NCBI RefSeq assembly: GCF_046339755.1
Contig: NZ_JBKDTZ010000201.1
Coordinates: 1,878-65,877 of the forward strand
Direction of reading: 5' to 3'
From: Acidovorax sp.
GTDB lineage: Bacteria > Pseudomonadota > Gammaproteobacteria > Burkholderiales > Burkholderiaceae_C
Length of the DNA: 64,000 nucleotides
Part shown: in pieces, positions 54,085 to 62,565 of the stretch
How the letters are laid out: every line of letters starts with the position of its first letter
Numbering within the stretch: the first letter of the stretch is position 1
The notes under the pieces: model-generated
What the model saw: only the letters and a program-made list of their open reading frames with translations
The model's database searches: none
Told to the model about the DNA's origin: nothing
Position numbers and translations under genes: made by a program

Positions 54085-54908
54085 TTGCGCAGCAGCAGCC
54101 GGCCGCCCCACCAGGCCGGCTGCGCCTGCTGCTGGCCGCGCAGGCCCCCCTGGCGGCCGTTGCCGGCCAGCAGGCAGCGCAGTGGCTGACCGGCAGCGAA
54201 CAGGCCCGGCTGGCCGGCATGCACAACCCGGCGCGGCGCGTGGAGTTCATCGCCTGCCGCTGGGCCTTGCGGCATCTGCTGGCCGCGGGCAGCGACATCC
54301 CGGCCAGCGACTGGCGCCTGGATGCGCCCGAGGGCAGGGCGCCGCATTTGAACGCAGAGCACCATGGCGCCCAGGCCGCGGCCGCCACCCACCTGTCCCT
54401 CACGCACAGCGGCGCCTGGCTGGCCTGCGCTGCAGCCCCTTACCCGGTGGGCATCGACCTGGAGGTGAAGGACTTGGCGCACCGGGGACGGCGCGACGTG
54501 CTTGCCCTGGCCGCCATGGCCTGCACGCCGGGGGAGACGGCGCAACTGCAGGCCCTGGATGAGGGGGCCGAGCGCCAGCGCCACTTCCTGCAGATCTGGA
54601 GCCTCAAGGAGGCGTATTTCAAGTGCACCGGCACGGGCGTGGATTTTTCGGTGATCCGGCGCATCGAGTGCATGCCCGCAGCCCAGGCCGGCCAAGGGCA
54701 GGTTCTGGCGCACGCGAGGTCATGGCACGGTGCCACAGCCGATGGCCATGGCGTGCTGCTTTCGGTGTGCAGGCTGCCGGGGGCGGACGACTCGCTGACT
54801 TCCGCTTCGCCCACCCAGACCGATGCGGGCATTGCGTGGCAAGGGGAGGACGCGTGGCACCTGGCCGGGCTGCCAAACTGGCAGGCAAGCGAATGCCGGG
54901 AGGGGTGA
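54081..54908 (+). CDS. 4'-phosphopantetheinyl transferase (Sfp/EntD type)
   Basis: GTGA overlap with the upstream stop. VGIDLE and WSLKEAYFKCTG motifs. Confidence 0.8.
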   Translation: MIAQQQPAAPPGRLRLLLAAQAPLAAVAGQQAAQWLTGSEQARLAGMHNPARRVEFIACRWALRHLLAAGSDIPASDWRLDAPEGRAPHLNAEHHGAQAAAATHLSLTHSGAWLACAAAPYPVGIDLEVKDLAHRGRRDVLALAAMACTPGETAQLQALDEGAERQRHFLQIWSLKEAYFKCTGTGVDFSVIRRIECMPAAQAGQGQVLAHARSWHGATADGHGVLLSVCRLPGADDSLTSASPTQTDAGIAWQGEDAWHLAGLPNWQASECREG

Positions 54909-54918
54909 ACAAGAAAAG

Positions 54919-54995
54919 TGGCCTGCCTGGAGGGACTCGAACCCCCGACCTATAGCTTAGAAGGCTATTGCTCTATCCAGTTGAGCTACAGGCAG
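54919..54995 (-). tRNA. tRNA-Arg (anticodon TCT), CCA encoded
   Basis: The reverse complement folds by hand as a cloverleaf: acceptor CTGCCTG/CAGGCAG, TA, D-arm GCTC-AACTGGATA-GAGC, anticodon arm ATAGC-CTTCTAA-GCTAT, variable AGGTC, T-arm GGGGG-TTCGAGT-CCCTC, discriminator G, CCA. Confidence 0.9.
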
Positions 54996-55178
54996 ACAGC
55001 GCCAACATTGCGTTTGGCGCTATTATTTTGTGGGCGTTGGCAGAGTATTCCGCAAACGTCCGGATGTGCAGGGTCCGAATGATACCCGTTCGAGCAGGCA
55101 TGATCGGCCAAACGATGGGCCGCGCCGCGCTGTTCAAGCCACAACAACATGGATTGACTGACTATTGAGGGAGTGTGC

Positions 55179-55640
55179 ATGCAAGGATCGCAAGACCATT
55201 GGGCTGCAGCGATGAAGGAGGCAGAGTCTCCTGCCGATAGGGACCCGGCCCTGTGGGCCAGGTGCTTTGCCGAGAACGACGGCGACGAGCAGCGCGCGAA
55301 GGCGGCCTATATACGGGCCAAGGTCGCGTCCAGTGCACCGCCGGTCGCTACCGAGGTGCCACCCCCACCCACCAACCCCCCGGGCAAGAAGCGGCTGCTT
55401 CCCTGGTGGGGGTGGGTGCTGCTCGCACCGGTGATTGCCATTGGGGCCTTGCTGATCATCGGGGCCCTCATGGGCGACAACCCGCAGCGGGATGCGCGCT
55501 GGAGGGAGCAGGACGCCATCAAGCTGTGCTGGAGCGAACAGGGCCGCAAGTCGCTCGATGCGGCGACATCACGCTTCGTGGCCGGTGCCTGCGAGAAGAT
55601 GGAGCGAGACTACGAAGCCAAGTGGGGGCGCAAGCCGTAG
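55179..55640 (+). CDS. hypothetical single-pass membrane protein
   Basis: ATG at 55179 after GAGGGAG. N-terminal motif DPALWARCFAENDGDEQRAKAAYIRAKV, Pro-rich linker, one TM helix (WGWVLLAPVIAIGALLIIGALM). Confidence 0.55.
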   Translation: MQGSQDHWAAAMKEAESPADRDPALWARCFAENDGDEQRAKAAYIRAKVASSAPPVATEVPPPPTNPPGKKRLLPWWGWVLLAPVIAIGALLIIGALMGDNPQRDARWREQDAIKLCWSEQGRKSLDAATSRFVAGACEKMERDYEAKWGRKP

Positions 55641-55713
55641 CCCCCTTCCGCGGGGCCCGCCGTGCCGCTTTTGCGGGGCCCCGGGGCATGCAGCAACTGA
55701 AATGGAAAGAGGA

Positions 55714-56505
55714 ATGAAGTACTACACAGCCGCCTTGGCAGGCCTTCTGCTTGCCGGAGCCGTGCAGGCCCTAATCGAGGCCTGCAATGCCGTCCCGGCC
55801 GCCGACAAGCGCCTGGAGTGCCTCAAGGCCGCAATGGGGGCGACGGCAGTGGCGCCCCAGGCTGCCGCGATCGATACGCTGGAACAGGCGTTCGCCTCCA
55901 TGCGTGCCGGCCTGGGCGTGGGGCTGTCCTACAACGACTACCAGTCGTCAGTGGTCACCTTGGCACGTGCGCTCGCGGTCTACCAGCAGCAGGGGAGCGC
56001 ACTGCCCAGCACGGCGCTGGAAGAGGCCCTGGAAGCCTACAAGGACGCCGGCATCGTCTGGGGCCGATCCATCGAGTTCTATGCCCATAGTGACAATGTC
56101 CGCACCTACCCGAATGCACCGCCTGTGAGCAGAACCGGGTTGGAGGCAATTGCCTTCAAGTACAAGCTGCCCTTGGTGAACTCCAATTTCCTGGGATGGG
56201 AGAAGGGCGTGCCGGTGGAGTTTGCGCGTTCCAGCTTGTGGGGCATTGCTCTGGTCAAGGCAAAGCAGGGGTTTCTGGAAATCAGGGACCCCCATCCCAC
56301 ACCGAAGCCCCCGCCGGTATCGCCCGCCCAGGAGGCTGACATTGCCGCAGCCAACGCGCTCGCGAAGGAACAGCAGTGCCAGGAAAATCCCCAGGTCGAA
56401 AGGACCGGCCTGGCAGGTGTGGACACGCTCTTTGCCGCCGCGTGCACCCACGGCAAGCAGTTGAACATCGCCTGCGCATCGGGAATCTGCCGCGTGATGG
56501 CGTAG
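55714..56505 (+). CDS. hypothetical secreted Cys-containing protein
   Basis: ATG at 55714. Signal AALAGLLLAGAVQA. 263 aa. No family recognised. Confidence 0.55.
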   Translation: MKYYTAALAGLLLAGAVQALIEACNAVPAADKRLECLKAAMGATAVAPQAAAIDTLEQAFASMRAGLGVGLSYNDYQSSVVTLARALAVYQQQGSALPSTALEEALEAYKDAGIVWGRSIEFYAHSDNVRTYPNAPPVSRTGLEAIAFKYKLPLVNSNFLGWEKGVPVEFARSSLWGIALVKAKQGFLEIRDPHPTPKPPPVSPAQEADIAAANALAKEQQCQENPQVERTGLAGVDTLFAAACTHGKQLNIACASGICRVMA

Positions 56506-56677
56506 CCGATTCCATAGCGGATTCCATGGCACGCTGAGCCGTGCCGGCTCACGCAGCAGCCTTTCCGCCCGCAGGCCTGCCCGGGTGGGCGGCAGCCAAA
56601 GCGCTTGGCAAAGATCCTGATGAAAAATCGCAGGCCCTCGCTACCCTGCGCTTCTCTGCAGAACGAAGGAGGTACCC

Positions 56678-56965
56678 ATGGGATTGATCATTGCCTGGAT
56701 CATTCTTGCTGCCCTGGTCAGCCTGGTGGCCAGCTCGCGCGGGCGCAGTGCCTGGCCTGGTTCTTCATCTCGGTGATCTTCTCGCCGCTGGTCGGTTTCA
56801 CCCTGGTGCTGGTGCTGCCCAAGCACGGCCTGGCCGCCTTGCCCAAGGACGAGGCCGGAGCCCATCACCGCCAACACCCATGTGCACTGCCCGGACTGCC
56901 GGGAACTGGTGCGCCAGGACGCACGCAAATGCAAGCACCGCGGTACCGGGCTGGTGCCGCAGTGA
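56678..56965 (+). pseudogene. small membrane zinc-ribbon-type protein disrupted by two compensating frameshifts
   Basis: Strong RBS AAGGAGG plus ATG 56678. MGLIIAWIILAALVSLVASSRGRS (frame A), then AWFFISVIFSPLVGFTLVLVLPK... (frame B), then back to frame A for THVHCPDCRELVRQDARKCKHRGTGLVPQ*. Frame A itself hits TGA after 33 codons. Confidence 0.55.
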
Positions 56966-57269
56966 TGTGCAGGGGCTGACGGCCAGGCGCCCTGCGGCTG
57001 TTCGGGGGCCGCATGGCCCTGCTCGGACTCGCACACTCAGGCAATTCTTGCCGGGCCTGGACGGCTGTCCGGGCTGTCGGGCCCGGGTGGAGGGTGTGTG
57101 GGTTGGCGCATCTCAGAACCAGTACCCTGATTTTGCACCCCCTGCAGCTTCAGGTTATAAGATATCCATTCACGAATTTGCGATCCAGGGCATGCCTCTT
57201 GCTGGTGTGCCCTGCATGCGTGTGCGCACGTTCCCGCAACCACTGCTTACATAACAGCGTTCGATCCCC

Positions 57270-59024
57270 ATGCCCCACAGCGTCAACCTCATCAACACCA
57301 TCGCCGCCGCCCTGGGGCTGGCGCTGGCGCTGGGTTTTGTCGCCACGCGGCTGCGCCTGCCGGCGCTGGTGGGCTACCTGCTGGCCGGGGTGGTGATCGG
57401 GCCGTTCACGCCCGGCTTCGTGGCCGATGCGGGCATGGCCAGCCAGCTGGCCGAGATCGGGGTGATGCTCCTGATGTTCGGCGTGGGCCTGCATTTCTCG
57501 CTGGGTGACCTGCTCGCGGTGCGCAAGATCGCCGTGCCCGGGGCCATCGTGCAGATCATGGTGGCCACGCTCATGGGCATGGGCCTGGCCTACTGGTGGG
57601 GCTGGGGGTTGGGCGGGGCGCTGGTGTTCGGGTTGTCGCTGTCGGTGGCCAGTACGGTGGTGCTGCTGCGCGCGCTCGAAACCCTGGGCATTCTGGAGAC
57701 CTACACCGGCCGCATCGCGGTGGGCTGGCTGGTGGTCGAAGACCTGGTCATGGTGCTGGTGCTGGTGCTGCTGCCGCCGCTTGCAGGTGTGCTGGGCGGC
57801 AGCAACGGCGCGGCCGGCGGCCATGGTGCCGATGCGCAGGACCTGCTCAAGACCCTGGGGCTCACCCTGCTGCAGGTGGGCGGCTTCGTGGTGCTGATGC
57901 TGGTGGTGGGGCGCCGCGTGTTCCCCTGGGTGCTGTGGCAGGTGGCGCGCACCGGCTCGCGCGAGCTGTTCACGCTGTGCGTGGTGGCCGCGGCCGTGGG
58001 CATCGCCTTCGGCTCGGCCGCGCTGTTCGGCGTGTCGTTTGCGCTGGGCGCCTTCTTCGCCGGCATGGTGATGCGCGAGTCCGAGTTCAGCCACCGCGCC
58101 GCGCAGGAATCGCTGCCCCTGCGCGACGCCTTCGCCGTGCTGTTCTTCGTCTCGGTGGGCATGCTGTTCAACCCCGCCGTGCTGTGGGACCGCCCCCTGC
58201 AGGTGCTGGCCGTGGTGGCCATCATCATGCTGGGCAAGACCCTTGCGGCCGCTGCGCTGGTGCTCTCGTTCCGCTACCCGCTCAACACCGCGCTCACTGT
58301 CTCGGCCAGCCTGGCGCAGATAGGAGAGTTCTCCTTCATCCTGGTGGGCCTGGGCGCATCGCTGGGCCTGCTGCCGGCCGAGGGCACCAGCCTGGTGCTG
58401 GCCGGTGCGCTGATCTCCATGGCGCTCAACCCCATGCTGTTCCACGCCATCGCGCCGTTGCAAAGCTGGCTGCGCAAGCGCTCGGCCTTTGCGCGCCGGC
58501 TGGAGGAGCGCGACGACCCGCTGGCCGAGCTGCCCATGAGCACCCACGCCAAGTTCCTCGCGCACCAGGTGGTGCTGGTCGGATATGGCAAGGTGGGCCG
58601 GCGCATCGCCGCAGCCCTGGCCGCCAACGACGTACCCTTTGTCGTGGCCGAGCAGAACCGCGAGCTGGTCGAGCACCTGCGCGGCAAGGGCATCGCCGCC
58701 GTGTTTGGCGACGCCGAAGAGCCCGCCGTGCTGATCCAGGCCCACATCGCCCGCGCCGCCATGCTGGTCATCGCCACCCCCGACACCATCAAGGTGCGCC
58801 AGATGATCGCCACCGCCACGCTGCTCAACCCCAGTATCGAGACCGTGATCCGCAGCCACAACGAGCAGGAGGCCCGCCTGCTCGAAGAGGAAAACGGCAG
58901 CACCGTCTTTTTGGCCGAAGAGGCGCTGTCGCAGGCCATGGTGCGGCACGTGTTGGAGCGGGCGAACGACATGGCGCGGCACGGGACTGCGACCACGCCC
59001 GCGCGCCTGCACGAGAGCGGCTGA
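57270..59024 (+). CDS. CPA2-family monovalent cation (K+)/H+ antiporter with C-terminal TrkA-N (RCK) domain
   Basis: 584 aa. N-terminal ~390 aa polytopic (..LPALVGYLLAGVVIGPFTPGF..). Then a Rossmann GxGxxG (LVGYGKVGRRIA) RCK domain. Confidence 0.9.
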   Translation: MPHSVNLINTIAAALGLALALGFVATRLRLPALVGYLLAGVVIGPFTPGFVADAGMASQLAEIGVMLLMFGVGLHFSLGDLLAVRKIAVPGAIVQIMVATLMGMGLAYWWGWGLGGALVFGLSLSVASTVVLLRALETLGILETYTGRIAVGWLVVEDLVMVLVLVLLPPLAGVLGGSNGAAGGHGADAQDLLKTLGLTLLQVGGFVVLMLVVGRRVFPWVLWQVARTGSRELFTLCVVAAAVGIAFGSAALFGVSFALGAFFAGMVMRESEFSHRAAQESLPLRDAFAVLFFVSVGMLFNPAVLWDRPLQVLAVVAIIMLGKTLAAAALVLSFRYPLNTALTVSASLAQIGEFSFILVGLGASLGLLPAEGTSLVLAGALISMALNPMLFHAIAPLQSWLRKRSAFARRLEERDDPLAELPMSTHAKFLAHQVVLVGYGKVGRRIAAALAANDVPFVVAEQNRELVEHLRGKGIAAVFGDAEEPAVLIQAHIARAAMLVIATPDTIKVRQMIATATLLNPSIETVIRSHNEQEARLLEEENGSTVFLAEEALSQAMVRHVLERANDMARHGTATTPARLHESG

Positions 59025-59159
59025 GCGGGCGCCGTCTTCCAATCGCCCGGCATAGTGCCGTGCGTGCGGCGGCCCCACAGCCCCCCATCGAAGTGGTCGC
59101 CATGCACAGCCATGGTTGCGCAAGCTGCGCAGCGCGCGTGCAGTGATCGGCAATGCCGC

Positions 59160-59504
59160 TCACCTCGCAAGACCCGCAAGATTGCCGAACCCGAGCAGGA
59201 GTGCTGTCACTACCACCACAAGGACGAGGCTGCCCAGTGCCAGCAGGCACAAAGCCTTGAAGTTTCTGAAGCGACCACTGCACATCGAGGGGATCGCCAT
59301 GGCGATCAGCGGGCATGTTGCAAGATAGGCGAGCACATTCGCCACGACGACGAGCGTGCTCGCATCGCCGCCATTCCAGTCCCCAAAAACGGGGTCCCGG
59401 ACCACGGAAAAAATCCCGAACACACCGATCAGCCAGACAACCCCCATGCAACCGCCCAGCAGCACGCAATATCGGTTCTTCACGGTCCTGGCAGTTTGCG
59501 GCAT
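59160..59504 (-). CDS. small hypothetical membrane protein
   Basis: Starts at the internal ATG 59504 of ORF 59160..59660. 114 aa, 3-4 hydrophobic helices. Lower-GC patch. Start uncertain. Confidence 0.4.
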   Translation of the reverse strand: MPQTARTVKNRYCVLLGGCMGVVWLIGVFGIFSVVRDPVFGDWNGGDASTLVVVANVLAYLATCPLIAMAIPSMCSGRFRNFKALCLLALGSLVLVVVVTALLLGFGNLAGLAR

Positions 59505-59691
59505 CGGGCCTGGGGGTGCATTGCACTGTGTCAATTCAAAAAGGGCGGGGCCGAGACGAATGCTTCGGAGCTCGTGGGTCACGCTTGAGTTGGGGGCCGG
59601 CACCCACCGGGTCAATGGTAAAGCAGCTCCCAGTGGACAAGAGTGGCCGACAGAATTCAAAGGCCACGCGCCAGCCTGGCCATGCAGGCGG

Positions 59692-60006
59692 TCAGCCTTG
59701 GGTCTTCTTCCGCAAGGTGAACGCCCAGATCACCCAACCGATGCCTGCAGTTGCGGCAAGGCCCGCCACCCCGAGAGCGGTGCGTTGCGCAACTGCAGGG
59801 AGTGCGTTGACCATGCTGGCGCCCAGCTCGCAAGCCAGCTTGCGAGGCTGTACTGGACACTGGATTTTTGCGGGACCCGGTTCCAGGATCAGCGGCACCG
59901 ACCCGTAAACCAGCATTCCCGCCATCGCCAGCAACAACAGCGCCGCCAGCCCTCTGAAGAAAGTCCGAACCTGGGTTTGGTCGGGATCAAGTTCGGGCGG
60001 AATCAT
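59692..60006 (-). CDS. small hypothetical membrane protein
   Basis: Starts at the internal ATG 60006 (MIPPELDPDQTQVRTFFRGLAALLLLAMAGMLVYG...). Two TM helices. Start uncertain. Confidence 0.4.
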   Translation of the reverse strand: MIPPELDPDQTQVRTFFRGLAALLLLAMAGMLVYGSVPLILEPGPAKIQCPVQPRKLACELGASMVNALPAVAQRTALGVAGLAATAGIGWVIWAFTLRKKTQG

Positions 60007-60252
60007 GGGTTGCGATGGAGGCGGGTTGTGGGTGTGCCGGCGCGGCTGGTGTATCCGAGTGCAATGCGGCGCACCACGCTCAATTTGCGGTGCAACCCAT
60101 CCATGCATCGGTGGTTTGCTTGCATCGACGATAAGCGAAAAATGCCCAACCCATACGGATGTACCCCACACCCGTTTGGTGCATTGATGGAGGGTATGCC
60201 GCACGCAGAGTGCAACTGCAAAAGCCGCTGAATTTGCCCAAGGAGATGCCGG

Positions 60253-62565
60253 ATGCGAACCCAACACGGAATGATGGAGGGCCCAGTCCCCACGCGGTCG
60301 CCAGCGCCTCCTTCACGCAGCCCTCACACACTTCATCCTCGCCTCACCGGCGGCCCGGACACTTTTTCTTTTCGCGGGCACTACCGCCGTACGGTGGCAA
60401 CCGCCTTGGATCGCCACCTGGAAGAACGAGACCCAGTGAACCTTGCACATGCACGTGGACATGCACCTTCGGCGTCCGGCGCTGCCGCCGGCAACCCCGC
60501 CCATGCACTGCGCCTGACGCGCGGCATCGCGCTGGCCTGGATTTGCGTCTGCGCCGCCAACCCGTTGTTCCATGCCGTGGGCTGGACGGCGTTGAACAAG
60601 GAGGTCCGGGCAACCGATCCGCTCGCCTCGTGGCTTGCGTCCGCGTTGATCCCGTTGGCGGCCCTGGCTTTGGCCGCGCCGCTGCTGTTGCACACCCTGG
60701 TGCTGCGGCGGATGCTGCCTGCGCGGCCCTGGTGGCGCATTGCGATCGCCATGTTCCTGGCGTGGATGGCCGGGGCGATTGCGGTCGGGCCCCTGCTGCA
60801 TATGGCACTGGCGCTGGTGCGCAGCATGCAGTCGCTGGCACGGGTGCAGGGGGGCGACCTCACCGCCCTGCCGTGGATGTCGGCGGCCGGCCTGCTTCCG
60901 ATACTCGCCGTGAGCGGGGTGCTGCTGCCCGCCTGGGTATTCGCCCGCATGGCCCATGTGCGCCCGGCGGTCGCATTGCGCGCAGTCATCGGGGCCAGCC
61001 TGGTCGTCGCCCCCTTGTGGGTTCTCTGGGCGCAGGCCGGGGTGGACGTCGAGCTGCTGTCCCGCAGCGCCATGAATGGCTGGACCTGGCAAAAGCGCGC
61101 CTCGGCGGTGCTGTCCCAGGCCCTCGCGCAGGCCATCTGGGCCGCTGCGGCGCTGCTGATCTTTGCGCGTGGCGTGGGTGCACCGCAAGCCCCGTGGCTG
61201 CAGTCACCGGGGCAGTACCGCAGGCTGGCGGCGGCTGCCTTGGTAGGCGCGGTGCTGGTGCCTGTGGTGGTGGCCGCGCTGGGGCCACGTGCGGCCGAGC
61301 GGCTGCAGTTGGCCGTGCAACGGGCATTCTCACCCCCACCAGACCGCGATGAATCCGAGGGCGAACCGCTGCTGCAATACGCCTACATTGTTCCGGTGCG
61401 GGTGCGCGAGACGCCACGCAGGGCGTCGGTGTCGCCCGACGGCCGCTGGATCATCGCGGTGGCACGCGACCGCCAAGTCATCGCCATCGATGCAGCCACG
61501 GGTGCCATCGCGCACCGGCTGCAGGGCGGACTGGGTGCGCATGAATCACCCGATTGGGCCTGGAGCCCAGATGGGCGTTGGCTGGCGCTGCGCACGCAAG
61601 GGGATCGGGCGGCTGGTGCGCGCAGCCGCCACCAGGCCGCGCTGCGGTTGTATGCCGTGCCGGGCTTTGTGCCGGCCGGCGAGCACCGCCACACGGGCGA
61701 CGAGTGCCATGCCGATTCCGTATCCTTCCAGGATGCCGTGCAATTCACGCAGGATGGCGCCACCCTGTGGTTCGCCTGTGGATCGGAGTACCGGCCCACG
61801 GCGGCCAACCTGCTCGCGGTGGAGCTACAGGTGCCGTCGCTGAAGGTGCTGGCGCAGCGCCGCTATGGCGATGCGGCGCCATGGCATGTGAGGGGATTGA
61901 AGCAGGTGGGTGGATCGGTCTGGTCCTGGCACACCGACCAGCAGCCTCCCTATGTGCGCTTTCGCGACCTGGCCAGGGACGATGTGCCCATCGTGCTGCA
62001 GCCCCCGCCCGATGGGCCGGGCCTCCCGCCGGATGGAACACTGCAGGGCTTCGCATTCGACCAGGCCCAGGGCGTGGCCCGCTTCAACGCCTGGAAGGAG
62101 GAGCGCCAGCGGCTGCGAACCTTCGACATGCGCACGGGCCGCATGGTGTCGCTGGTGGATGGCCCTTTGCCCCCGGGCCATGCGGGCTACAGCATCGAGT
62201 CCATTGCCAGCGGCTTGCGGGTGGAGCGCCGCGCGCACCCGGCGTCGCGTGCCGGCGAACTGCTCGCCGTGGACGCTGCCAGCGGCCGGGTGCGCCAGCG
62301 CATCCGCACCGTGGTGCAGTACCCCCTGGCCTTCAGCCCCGATGGCCGGCTGCTGGTGACCCAGGCGCAGGACGAGCTACGGGTGTACAGGGTGCAGCAG
62401 GCACCTGGCCACCAGGTTGCGGGGCTCAGCCATTCACCAGCAGATGCTTCCACGCAAACCCCTGCGGATTCCAGTGGCTCACATAGCACCCCGGGAAGTT
62501 GTGCGTCACCTGCAGCGAGGCATTGCGCCGCATCTGGTCCAGCTGCCGGTACTGGGCTTCGGTGA
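60253..62565 (+). CDS. polytopic membrane protein fused to a WD40/TolB-like beta-propeller domain
   Basis: The N-terminal third has ~7 hydrophobic helices. The C-terminal half has repeated SPDGRW / SPDGRL blade motifs (VSPDGRWIIAV, WSPDGRWLAL, FSPDGRLLVT). The start is uncertain. The last ~45 codons overlap the convergent gene and look low-complexity. Confidence 0.55.
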   Translation: MRTQHGMMEGPVPTRSPAPPSRSPHTLHPRLTGGPDTFSFRGHYRRTVATALDRHLEERDPVNLAHARGHAPSASGAAAGNPAHALRLTRGIALAWICVCAANPLFHAVGWTALNKEVRATDPLASWLASALIPLAALALAAPLLLHTLVLRRMLPARPWWRIAIAMFLAWMAGAIAVGPLLHMALALVRSMQSLARVQGGDLTALPWMSAAGLLPILAVSGVLLPAWVFARMAHVRPAVALRAVIGASLVVAPLWVLWAQAGVDVELLSRSAMNGWTWQKRASAVLSQALAQAIWAAAALLIFARGVGAPQAPWLQSPGQYRRLAAAALVGAVLVPVVVAALGPRAAERLQLAVQRAFSPPPDRDESEGEPLLQYAYIVPVRVRETPRRASVSPDGRWIIAVARDRQVIAIDAATGAIAHRLQGGLGAHESPDWAWSPDGRWLALRTQGDRAAGARSRHQAALRLYAVPGFVPAGEHRHTGDECHADSVSFQDAVQFTQDGATLWFACGSEYRPTAANLLAVELQVPSLKVLAQRRYGDAAPWHVRGLKQVGGSVWSWHTDQQPPYVRFRDLARDDVPIVLQPPPDGPGLPPDGTLQGFAFDQAQGVARFNAWKEERQRLRTFDMRTGRMVSLVDGPLPPGHAGYSIESIASGLRVERRAHPASRAGELLAVDAASGRVRQRIRTVVQYPLAFSPDGRLLVTQAQDELRVYRVQQAPGHQVAGLSHSPADASTQTPADSSGSHSTPGSCASPAARHCAASGPAAGTGLR

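Noticed and set aside
33998-59153. Very long antisense ORFs inside the phage tail gene, the ligase, the MMPL exporter and the antiporter (33998..36127-, 39783..41612-, 44186..46888-, 57150..59153-)
   Set aside because: All are compositionally biased (Arg/Gly/Ala/His/Gln runs) mirror images of well-motifed genes on the other strand.
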